A stretch of 64,000 nucleotides of DNA from contig JAHKAJ010000025.1 in NCBI GenBank assembly GCA_018826075.1, positions 37,608 through 101,607 on the forward strand, written 5' to 3'. The stretch is from Candidatus Omnitrophota bacterium. GTDB taxonomy: Bacteria > Omnitrophota > Gorgyraeia > Duberdicusellales > 4484-171. This document shows, piece after piece, positions 28,708 to 36,927 of this stretch. Each line of letters starts with the position of its first letter. Position 1 is the first letter of the stretch. The notes below the pieces were generated by a model. The model did not search any database, was not told the DNA's origin, and was given only the letters and a program-made list of their open reading frames with translations. Both the position numbers and the translations under genes were made by a program.

Positions 28708-28809
28708 AACTGACCCCAATCTACTTAATTTATACCATATTTATACCTAATATTCAATATCCGCCGGAAAGGAAAAAATTTTTTGAAAGCGTTTTCATTG
28801 AAAGATAAT

Positions 28810-29589
28810 CTAAAAAACGCAAGCCTGTTCTTTGTCTTTTAAAATTACCTTGGTAGTTTGAGTTTCTTGAGGCGAAAGCAGCCCACGGTAAAGCCCGAGA
28901 TTAAAAGTTTTTTTAAAACTCTCGGCCAGCAAGGAACTTAGAAAAGCAAATCTGGTAGGATGGCCAAGCAAATCATCAAGACAGCCGGCTTTTTGACTGG
29001 CACCAAAGACATGTTTTATAGATCGGTTAATCTGTGAAAAATCTAACTGTTGGGGTATGGTTCCCTGCTGGAAAATCAGGTTGCGCTTACGCCTCTGGGC
29101 ATTACCGCCGATTTTTTTTCCGGCGATCACCAGGTCAAATTCCTCCCAGTTGGAAAAACAGAAAGCAGCCGGGCGCCTAAGATCAGCCTGTTGGCTGTCT
29201 TTGGCAAAACTGGCAAAAAGGCCGAGTGAGCGGTAAAAATCAAACAGAAACCCGCAAAGCATCCGGTAGGATTCTTTGACTCCAGCCGGCAGGCCTAAAT
29301 CCTCCAAAGCGCAAACAATACTGTAAGTGACTTCCTTGTGGTGTAAAATACAGCCTCCACCGGTAATCCTGCGGACAAAGGGAAAGGCATTATCCGGCCT
29401 CAAGACTTCCTCTGGCTCCTGACTGTAGCCAAGGCTGATATACGGCTCCTGCCAGCCATAAATCCTTAAAGTAGGTATCCTCTGGTTGGAATAATTAGCC
29501 AGGATCGCCTCATCAACAGCCATATTCCAAGCCCCGTCAGATCTTTTATCCAGAATTAAGCGCCATTTTTTAATCATTGAGCACCTCAA
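28810..29589 (-). CDS. lipoate-protein ligase / octanoyltransferase (LplA/LipM family)
   Basis: BPL_LplA_LipB catalytic domain (LRIYGWQEPYISLGYSQ, ...ITGGGCILH...). 259 aa, catalytic domain only. Confidence 0.75.
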   Translation of the reverse strand: MRCSMIKKWRLILDKRSDGAWNMAVDEAILANYSNQRIPTLRIYGWQEPYISLGYSQEPEEVLRPDNAFPFVRRITGGGCILHHKEVTYSIVCALEDLGLPAGVKESYRMLCGFLFDFYRSLGLFASFAKDSQQADLRRPAAFCFSNWEEFDLVIAGKKIGGNAQRRKRNLIFQQGTIPQQLDFSQINRSIKHVFGASQKAGCLDDLLGHPTRFAFLSSLLAESFKKTFNLGLYRGLLSPQETQTTKVILKDKEQACVF

Positions 29590-29629
29590 TTTATCTATTC
29601 AGCGAAATCCCGGCTACTGCCGGGATATT

Positions 29630-31072
29630 CTAACCCCTCCATCTTAAATCGGGAAACCGGGCAGCCCTGACCTCATCTACCCGTTTAACCGGAGCAGACT
29701 GGGGTGAGTTTTTAACCCTTTCTAAATCCAGCTCGATTTCCCGGTTGATCTCTAACATCACTTCAATAAACTTATCTAAAGTTTCTTTACTTTCAGTTTC
29801 AGTAGGCTCGATCATTAGGGCTTCTTTAACGATCAAAGGAAAATATATGGTCGGCGGATGGATTCGGTAATCAATAAGCCGCTTAGCAATATCTAAAGCT
29901 GAAGCCCCTTTTTCTTTTTGGCTCTCGGCCGAGAATACCACTTCATGCATGCAGGCCTTAGGGTAAGGCAAACAATAATAATTTCTTAACTTTTCCTTGA
30001 GGTAATTTGCGTTGACTACCGAATTCTTGGCAACCCGTAAAAGGCCTTCTTGGCCTAAACGCAAGATGTAAGCATAGGCTCTGATCAAAACTGAAAAATT
30101 TCCGTAGAAAGCTCTCAAGCGGCCGATCGAATTCTTTAAGCAATAATCAAAATAATAATTATCCTCTCTTTTAACCACCAAGGGAACCGGTAAAAAATCT
30201 ATTAATTTATCACCAACGCCCACAGCACCCAGGCCCGGGCCGCCAGAACCATGGGGAGTGGAAAAAGTCTTATGTAGATTAAGGTGGACCAAATCAAAAC
30301 CCATTTTAGCCGGATTGGTTATTCCTAACAGCGGGTTAAAATTTGCGCCGTCATAATAAAGAAAACCGCCTTTCTGATGCACAATATCGGCTATCTCCAA
30401 AATATTTTCTTCAAACAGGCCTAAAGTGTTAGGGTTAGTAAGCATTATTGCTGCTGTCTCCTCATCTACCGCTAACCTTAGTTTCTCCATATCCACCAGG
30501 CCGGATGCATCACTTTCTACCACCACTACTTTATAGCCGCACATAGCTGCTGTGGCCGGATTGGTTCCGTGAGCTGAATCAGGGATGATCACTTTGGTCT
30601 TGCGGTTTCCGGCTGACTGGTGAAATTTATGAATCATCAAAAGCCCGGTAAGCTCTCCCTGGGCCCCGCTGGAAGCCTGAAAACTAAATTGCTTCATCCC
30701 GGTTATTTCACATAAAAGCACGTTTAACTGATAGATAAGTTCCAGGGCTCCCTGGACAGCCTGAGGCTCTTGGTAAGGATGGATCTCTGAAAAACCCTCT
30801 AAGGCGGCTAAAGCCTCGTTAATTTTAGGGTTGTATTTCATAGTGCAGGAACCCAAAGGATAAAAATTAGTATCTACTGAAAAATTAAGTTTTGCTAAAT
30901 TAAGATAATGCCTGACCACTGAAAGTTCTCCCAGCTGGGGCAAACTCAAACCTTTACGCAAAAGCTTAGGCCCGAGAATATCTTCGGGGTCAACTAAAGG
31001 CACCTGGGTCTTACCGATGTAACCGGGATCATTGGAGCCGCTTTTTTTCTGAAAAATAACTTTCCTATCCAT
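29630..31072 (-). CDS. gcvPB: glycine dehydrogenase (decarboxylating) subunit 2
   Basis: SCTMKYNP and the PLP-lysine region match GcvPB. 480 aa. Confidence 0.9.
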   Translation of the reverse strand: MDRKVIFQKKSGSNDPGYIGKTQVPLVDPEDILGPKLLRKGLSLPQLGELSVVRHYLNLAKLNFSVDTNFYPLGSCTMKYNPKINEALAALEGFSEIHPYQEPQAVQGALELIYQLNVLLCEITGMKQFSFQASSGAQGELTGLLMIHKFHQSAGNRKTKVIIPDSAHGTNPATAAMCGYKVVVVESDASGLVDMEKLRLAVDEETAAIMLTNPNTLGLFEENILEIADIVHQKGGFLYYDGANFNPLLGITNPAKMGFDLVHLNLHKTFSTPHGSGGPGLGAVGVGDKLIDFLPVPLVVKREDNYYFDYCLKNSIGRLRAFYGNFSVLIRAYAYILRLGQEGLLRVAKNSVVNANYLKEKLRNYYCLPYPKACMHEVVFSAESQKEKGASALDIAKRLIDYRIHPPTIYFPLIVKEALMIEPTETESKETLDKFIEVMLEINREIELDLERVKNSPQSAPVKRVDEVRAARFPDLRWRG

Positions 31073-32411
31073 GGAGTATCTCGGCTAAATAATAGATAAA
31101 CTGATCAATATCATCTTTAGTCTTTTTCTCAGTACAAGAACTTAGGATTCCATTTTTATGCTTGGGGAACAGGTCACCGACCAAGTAACCGGGGATTATT
31201 TTCTTCCGGTAAAGTTTATCGACTATGGCTTTAGCATCCTCGACTTCCCAGATAAATTCGTTGAATACTTGCGGCGGGTAAGGAAGTTTTACACCTCTGA
31301 CTTCTTTGAGACGCCGGTAAAGATACTGGGTATTACTAAAAGAATACCTAGCGGCATTACTAAAACCTTCCCGGCCGAGCAGCGAAAGATAAACTGCCGC
31401 GGCTATAGCATTTAAAGAATGGTTTGAGCAAATGTTACTGGTAGCTTTTTCCCTACGGATATGCTGTTCACGAGCCTGCAAAGTAAGGCAAAAAGCAATT
31501 TTACCCTCCAGGTCTTGGGTCTTACCGACTATTCTTCCGGGGATCTGACGCAGGTATTCGTCTTTAGCCGCTAAAAATCCAAAAGCCGGGCCGCCAAAGT
31601 TAAGGCTGCCGCCCAGAGGTTGCCCGTCACCGCAAACAATATCTACACCTAAAGCTTTTGGTTCTTTAAGGATGGCCAGAGAAAAAGGATTAGTGACCAT
31701 TACGGTTTTTACCCCTCTTTCTTTAGCTAAAGCTGATAGATCAGCAACATCTTCTACTAAACCAAAAAAATTGGGGCTCTGAATAACTAAGCACCCGGTA
31801 TCAACATCGATTTGGCGTTCTAACGATTGCTTATCGATCAGCCCGTTATCGTTAAAATCCAATTCTTTGATCTGGAAATCCAAAGCACTTAAGTAGGTGC
31901 GCAGGGTTTGGAAATATTCCCGGTTTAAGTTTGCCGGAACAATGACTTTATTGGCTTTAGTCACCCTTAAAACCATCAGCACTGCCTCGGCTAAGCTTGA
32001 AGCACCGTCAAGCAAAGAGGCATTGGAAACATCCATTCCGGTCAAAAGACAGATATAGCTCTGATATTCATAGATCGCCTGAAGCAGGCCTTGCGAACAT
32101 TCGGCCTGATAAGGCGTATAGGCAGTCAAAAACTCTGACTGGGAAATTATAAAATCTAAAGCTGCCGGCCGGTAATGATCGTAGCAACCGGCACCTAAAA
32201 AGGAGTTGAAGTTATTTAAAGAGATATTTTTTTTAGCCAGGCCTTCCACTGCCTTTTTAGTATCCAGCTCGCTTAAACCAGAAGGAATATTCAAGGGGCC
32301 TTTAAGTTTTACCTGGGCCGGAACCTGCCGATAAAGCTCATCTAGAGAGCCTACCCCGATAACTTTCAGCATCTCTTCAATTTGTTCCTGGGTATTTAAG
32401 ATGTAAGGCAT
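31065..32411 (-). CDS. gcvPA: glycine dehydrogenase (decarboxylating) subunit 1
   Basis: GcvPA N-terminal half of the P-protein. 448 aa, between gcvH and gcvPB. Confidence 0.9.
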   Translation of the reverse strand: MPYILNTQEQIEEMLKVIGVGSLDELYRQVPAQVKLKGPLNIPSGLSELDTKKAVEGLAKKNISLNNFNSFLGAGCYDHYRPAALDFIISQSEFLTAYTPYQAECSQGLLQAIYEYQSYICLLTGMDVSNASLLDGASSLAEAVLMVLRVTKANKVIVPANLNREYFQTLRTYLSALDFQIKELDFNDNGLIDKQSLERQIDVDTGCLVIQSPNFFGLVEDVADLSALAKERGVKTVMVTNPFSLAILKEPKALGVDIVCGDGQPLGGSLNFGGPAFGFLAAKDEYLRQIPGRIVGKTQDLEGKIAFCLTLQAREQHIRREKATSNICSNHSLNAIAAAVYLSLLGREGFSNAARYSFSNTQYLYRRLKEVRGVKLPYPPQVFNEFIWEVEDAKAIVDKLYRKKIIPGYLVGDLFPKHKNGILSSCTEKKTKDDIDQFIYYLAEILHG

Positions 32412-32420
32412 AAATTACAA

Positions 32421-32457
32421 ATGTCGTTGTAGGGGCGGGTTTGAAACCCGCCCCTAC
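32421..32457 (-). promoter_or_regulatory. conserved GC-rich hairpin element immediately 5' of the gcvPA start
   Basis: ATGTCGTTGTAGGGGCGGG-TTTGAAA-CCCGCCCCTAC: an 11-bp perfect stem ending 10 nt from the gcvPA ATG. Same core as the element before gcvT. Confidence 0.5.
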
Positions 32458-32466
32458 GTTAACGGG

Positions 32467-32841
32467 TTATTCCTGTTCAACAAATTCTTTATACGTCATC
32501 TCGTCCATTAAATTATCTAATTCAGCGGGATTAGTAACTTTGACTTTTATCATCCAGCCTAAATTTTCCGGCGACTGGTTGACCAACTGGGGGTTGGAGA
32601 CTACACTGCCATTGGTCTCGACTACTACTCCGCTGAGCGGCGAATAAAGCTCACTGGCAGCCTTAGTTGACTCAATAGTACCGAATTGGGCCGACTGCTT
32701 AATGGCGTCACCGACTTTAGGCAACTCCACAAAAACAACATCGCCTAAATGGCTCTGGGCATAATCACTGATGCCAATAGTCGCTGTTTCAGCCTGGACT
32801 GCTACCCACTCATGAGACTTGGCAAATTTTAAACCGGTCAT
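32467..32841 (-). CDS. gcvH: glycine cleavage system H protein
   Basis: Lipoyl-lysine motif ESTKAAS. 124 aa. Confidence 0.9.
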   Translation of the reverse strand: MTGLKFAKSHEWVAVQAETATIGISDYAQSHLGDVVFVELPKVGDAIKQSAQFGTIESTKAASELYSPLSGVVVETNGSVVSNPQLVNQSPENLGWMIKVKVTNPAELDNLMDEMTYKEFVEQE

Positions 32842-32842
32842 T

Positions 32843-33946
32843 TCATACCCCCTTACTGGCTAACTTTTTTGTTTTTGGTATTATAAACGGAAATTTAGAA
32901 ACCACTGCCCGATAAAATTTCTCGCGTATTTTTATCATAATCTCAGTACCAACCTGAGATTGTTTTCGGTCTAGATAAGCCATACCGATAAATTGATCCA
33001 GATTGGGAGAAAATGTCCCGCTGGTCACCTCCCCCACCGGTTTATCTTCAAAGTAAACCGGATATCCCTGACGGGGAACGCTGCGTTGTTTCATTATAAA
33101 GCCTACCCGTTTTTTGTCTAACCCTTGCTCCTGGCCGACGATTATTTTTTCCTTGCCGATAAAATCTTTACTATCCTTTACTGCCCAGGATAAAGCTGCC
33201 CGATGAGGATTGATATCTTCACCAAGCTCGTGGCCGTACAAAGGATAACCGGCTTCGATCCTTAAAATATCGCGGGACCCTAATCCACAAGGAGTAATCC
33301 CGAATTTTTCACCCTTTAGGAAAAACTCATCCCACCAGAAACCAGCCTCATCCCAGGGAAGATAAAGTTCGAAACCGTCTTCGCCGGTATAGCCGCTGCG
33401 CGAGATAAGATAGGCCCGGCCTTGAGATTGGCCTTGGAGAAAATGCATATAGTCTAGGTTTGCAGCTCCTGAACCCAAACAATCAAAGATTATCTGCGAA
33501 GCCTTTGGGCCCTGAAGAGAGATCAAAGCCAATTCACTACTTTTGTCGATGATTTTAACTCCTTCCTGATTGTTTTTGTTAAACCAGGAGAAAACTTTAT
33601 CTTTGTTTAAAGCATTGACTACGCATAAAAACTTATCAGCAAAACAGTAAACCATACAATCATCGACTACTCCACCCTGAGAATTGGTGATCAAATTATA
33701 CTGCATTTGTCCGGGGCTGATCAGAGAAAGGTCATTGCTTAAAAGCCGCTGGAGAAAATTTAAAGCTTTGACTCCCAATACTTCTATCTCACCCATATGT
33801 GAGGCATCAAAGATTCCGCAAGCATTACGGGTTGCTTTGGCTTCCAGTAAAATACTTTTATACTCTAAAGGCAAAGCCCAGCCTGAAAAATCAACTATCC
33901 GGCCGTTTAAATTTATGTGTTGTTGGTAAAGAGGTGTTTTCTTCAT
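32843..33946 (-). CDS. gcvT: aminomethyltransferase (glycine cleavage T protein)
   Basis: GcvT family. 367 aa, first gene of the gcv operon. Confidence 0.9.
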   Translation of the reverse strand: MKKTPLYQQHINLNGRIVDFSGWALPLEYKSILLEAKATRNACGIFDASHMGEIEVLGVKALNFLQRLLSNDLSLISPGQMQYNLITNSQGGVVDDCMVYCFADKFLCVVNALNKDKVFSWFNKNNQEGVKIIDKSSELALISLQGPKASQIIFDCLGSGAANLDYMHFLQGQSQGRAYLISRSGYTGEDGFELYLPWDEAGFWWDEFFLKGEKFGITPCGLGSRDILRIEAGYPLYGHELGEDINPHRAALSWAVKDSKDFIGKEKIIVGQEQGLDKKRVGFIMKQRSVPRQGYPVYFEDKPVGEVTSGTFSPNLDQFIGMAYLDRKQSQVGTEIMIKIREKFYRAVVSKFPFIIPKTKKLASKGV

Positions 33947-33948
33947 TT

Positions 33949-33985
33949 ATGTCGTTGTAGGGGCGACCCGGCGGGTCGCCCCTAC
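33949..33985 (-). promoter_or_regulatory. conserved GC-rich hairpin element immediately 5' of the gcvT start
   Basis: ATGTCGTTGTAGGGGCGACCCG...CGGGTCGCCCCTAC: a 13-14-bp stem. On the minus strand the hairpin ends about 6 nt before the ATG. Confidence 0.5.
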
Positions 33986-34023
33986 GGCGATAGGTTTATC
34001 TATTAAAATATTTACGTATTGTA

Positions 34024-34686
34024 TCATATTTTCAGGATAAAAGAAAGAGTCCTTGAGCTGGTTTGGTTGCGACGGAAGGAAAAAAAATCATCGGGTAAAC
34101 AAAAGCTGCAAAGCCCTGAATCAAGGAAGTTCTCCGGCTTTAAACCTTTACCGAAAAGCTGATATTTAGCAAAACTAATCGGGTCAAAATAAGATCCTTT
34201 TGGCTCACTTTTTATAAAATCCTTAAATGGAGGGTGAGTTAAAAACTCATCCCCCACCTGATAACAGCAACTTCTTAAACCCGGGCCGGCAACTACTTTA
34301 AAAGACTCTAGACAATAGTCGATATTATCCAGGATCCCCGCTTTGGCCGAACGCCAGCCCATATGGACAACACCGATTACTCCTAATTTTTCACTGGCAA
34401 AAATAAGCGGCAGGCAGTCAGCAGTCCGAACGATTAAAACCAAGCCTTTCTCTTTGGTAAACAAAGCATCCCCTTCATGGATACCTTCCTTAGCTAGAAG
34501 TATCACTTTTGAAGAATGGACCTGGTTTAGATAGCTTGATTTAAACTTTTGATCAAGAAAAGATAAAGCGGTGTATATATCCTGAGGTAGATCTCCCGGT
34601 AAGTTATTTTTGCTAAATCCGGCAGTTACGAATGAAGGAAAACATTCTTTGAATAAACTACAATATTTATGACTGGTTAGTTTCAC
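34024..34686 (-). CDS. pgeF: YfiH/PgeF family protein (purine nucleoside phosphorylase / peptidoglycan editing factor)
   Basis: TADCLPLIF and VHMGWRSAKAGI motifs of the DUF152/YfiH family. Confidence 0.75.
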   Translation of the reverse strand: MKLTSHKYCSLFKECFPSFVTAGFSKNNLPGDLPQDIYTALSFLDQKFKSSYLNQVHSSKVILLAKEGIHEGDALFTKEKGLVLIVRTADCLPLIFASEKLGVIGVVHMGWRSAKAGILDNIDYCLESFKVVAGPGLRSCCYQVGDEFLTHPPFKDFIKSEPKGSYFDPISFAKYQLFGKGLKPENFLDSGLCSFCLPDDFFSFRRNQTSSRTLSFILKI

Positions 34687-34897
34687 CGATTTGGACTAGT
34701 TTTTCTCGTTGCTTCTGACCCTTGATGATCGTAATCTGATATTTTTTAACCTGGTAATGTTGGGCTAAAAGCTCAATCAGTTTTTGGTTAGCCCGGCCAT
34801 GGATGGCCGGCTCATTGAGGTATACTTTGAGAATGTCTTTCTCTTGAATGATCCGGGTTTTTCTGGCCCGGGGGATCACTTTCACCTTTATGGTCAT
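34667..34897 (-). CDS. DUF167 (YggU) family protein
   Basis: 76 aa; IKVKVIPRARK...LKVYLNEPAIHGRAN matches the YggU pattern. Confidence 0.5.
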   Translation of the reverse strand: MTIKVKVIPRARKTRIIQEKDILKVYLNEPAIHGRANQKLIELLAQHYQVKKYQITIIKGQKQREKLVQIGETNQS

Positions 34898-35777
34898 CAG
34901 AATCTCCGCCGATCGAATTAAGCTTTGAAGAAATATTATCGGCTCTCTTGGCTACATCATCATATTTGGAAGCGGCACTGCGCAGATGGGTCCCTAAAAC
35001 GCCGTATTCACGTATAAAAGTATTAACATCTTTTTCCAAACGCTGTAAATCAGCATAGATCTTTTTGGCCCTTTTTTCTATTTTCATCGCCTGAAACCCG
35101 ATAAAAATAGTCTTTAAGTAAGCGTAAAGAGTGCTTGGACCGACTATGAAGACTTTTTTCTGGTGGGCAAATTCTAAAAGTGAAGTCTCGGTAATAATAA
35201 AGTAATAGACTGCTTCCGAAGGCACATACATCAGGCAAAAATCACTGGTTGCCTCATCAGGGTAGATATAGGCTGAGGCTTCCTGGATGCGCTTTTTTAT
35301 ACTTTCAATACAGGCTTTACGCTTAGAAACCTTTTCCTCTTCGGAAGCATTGAAATAACTTTGAAAAACTTCCAGGGAAAACTTAGCGTCAATCGGAACC
35401 AGGCCTTGAGGAAGTTTGATCACAAAATCAACTTTCTTGCCGTCTTTAAATCCATATTGAGCGATTACCGTCTCCTCGGGAAGGACATCCCTGAGCAAGT
35501 TTTCTAAAATACTCTCACCCAGTTCTCCCCGGGCTTTGGTCGGCTTTAAAATATCATGAAAAGATTTAGTAAGTTGAAGGATCTGGCGGCTCTCCCGGTC
35601 CAGGCCGCCGATTTTTTCATAAAGCTTGGTCAGCTCTTCAGAAACAACCCGCGAAGAATCTAAAGCCTTGCCTTGGGCCTGAATAATATTTTTGCTGAAC
35701 TGTTCTCTTAAGGAAAGAAGAATAACCAGTACTACTACTGCTACTGCTAAAATAGTGAAAGCTAAATAGGTTAACAT
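34812..35777 (-). CDS. rmuC: DNA recombination protein RmuC
   Basis: N-terminal TM helix and long coiled coil, plus a C-terminal nuclease-like region (...CLMYVPSEAVYYF...), as in RmuC. Confidence 0.55.
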   Translation of the reverse strand: MLTYLAFTILAVAVVVLVILLSLREQFSKNIIQAQGKALDSSRVVSEELTKLYEKIGGLDRESRQILQLTKSFHDILKPTKARGELGESILENLLRDVLPEETVIAQYGFKDGKKVDFVIKLPQGLVPIDAKFSLEVFQSYFNASEEEKVSKRKACIESIKKRIQEASAYIYPDEATSDFCLMYVPSEAVYYFIITETSLLEFAHQKKVFIVGPSTLYAYLKTIFIGFQAMKIEKRAKKIYADLQRLEKDVNTFIREYGVLGTHLRSAASKYDDVAKRADNISSKLNSIGGDSDDHKGESDPPGQKNPDHSRERHSQSIPQ

Positions 35778-36310
35778 ATTTTTTTATAAATTTCTTTTAC
35801 TTCCGGAAGGCGGCCTTCTCCGTAGGCACCGCAGGCTAGCTCGCCTTTTTCCGGAGAAAGAACATTGTATTTATTTAAAGCCTTAAGCTTTTTAACATTT
35901 TCCTGGATAATCGGGTTCTTCCACATATTTTCATTCATTGCCGGGCAAAGCAAAACTTTAGTTTTAGTATCAAATGCACAGATGACCGTGGTCAGAAGAT
36001 TATCACAAATTCCTCCGGCAATCTTAGAAAGGGTATTGGCTGAAAGCGGAGCCACTACACAAAAATCAGCCCACTGGGCCAGGCTGATATGTTTTACTCT
36101 TTCCTCTTTTAGCGGGGTAAACATATCAAGATAAACCGGATTACCGGAAAGTTCCTGAAAGGTAAGCGGGGTAACGAATTTAGTCGCTGATTCAGTCATC
36201 ATCACTTTAACTGAAAATCCGCCTTTAATCAGCAACCGCACTAATTCGCAGGTTTTATAAGCAGCAATCCCCCCGCAGATACCGACTAAAATGTTCTTTT
36301 TGCTTTTCAT
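35771..36310 (-). CDS. coaC: phosphopantothenoylcysteine decarboxylase (flavoprotein, CoaC)
   Basis: ILVGICGGIAAYKTCELVRLL is the flavoprotein CoaC N-terminus; PAMNENMW motif present. Confidence 0.75.
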   Translation of the reverse strand: MKSKKNILVGICGGIAAYKTCELVRLLIKGGFSVKVMMTESATKFVTPLTFQELSGNPVYLDMFTPLKEERVKHISLAQWADFCVVAPLSANTLSKIAGGICDNLLTTVICAFDTKTKVLLCPAMNENMWKNPIIQENVKKLKALNKYNVLSPEKGELACGAYGEGRLPEVKEIYKKIC

Positions 36311-36312
36311 GG

Positions 36313-36927
36313 TTATTTTATTATAAGCCTATTCAAGGTATCAGCAAGGGCTTTTTTAGAGCTGATTTTAGTAATTTTTTTCTTAGGATCAATGAGAAAA
36401 GCCTTGTAGCCCAAACGCATATCCTCTAAGCTGTTAGCAACCACAAAGTCGCTTTTACTCTTTCTAAGGCTCTGATAAGCCTTATCAATCAGCTGCTTTC
36501 GGCTAGCCTCGAGTTTAAATTGAATCAAGGTTGATTTCGGAGCTAACTTTCTGATCTTAACGATGATTTTTTCTGCCGGGATAAGTTTTAAATCCAGGCT
36601 CTTTCTCCCTGAAGCAATCTTTCCCGGCCAAGATGCCTTTAATTTATAGTCACTTACTGCGGCCATATGGATTATGAAATCAAAGCCTTTAGTTTTAACT
36701 AATCTAATGACCTTATCCTTAAATTCCTCAAAATAACGGTAATAAACCGCAGAAACCCCTTTGATCTTTCCAGTACAATGAGGGTTTATCAAAAGAGTTA
36801 CTGAATGGCCTTTTCTTTTTAACTCTTTGGCTAAATAAAGGCCACTTTTACCGCTAAACCGGTTAGTCAAAATCCTTACTGAATCGATCTTTATCCAGGT
36901 GGCCCCGGCAGTGATTAGTATCTTCAT
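36313..36927 (-). CDS. coaB: phosphopantothenate--cysteine ligase (CoaB)
   Basis: ILITAGATWIKIDSVRILTNRFSGKSG is the DFP/CoaB domain. It is a separate gene, upstream of coaC. Confidence 0.75.
   Translation of the reverse strand: MKILITAGATWIKIDSVRILTNRFSGKSGLYLAKELKRKGHSVTLLINPHCTGKIKGVSAVYYRYFEEFKDKVIRLVKTKGFDFIIHMAAVSDYKLKASWPGKIASGRKSLDLKLIPAEKIIVKIRKLAPKSTLIQFKLEASRKQLIDKAYQSLRKSKSDFVVANSLEDMRLGYKAFLIDPKKKITKISSKKALADTLNRLIIK

Noticed and set aside
33947-34023. Expected a glycine riboswitch upstream of gcvT
   Set aside because: The leader is only about 75 nt, and I did not recognise tandem-aptamer glycine-riboswitch consensus blocks in it. Only the GC-rich hairpin element is present. 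Reported as a different element instead.
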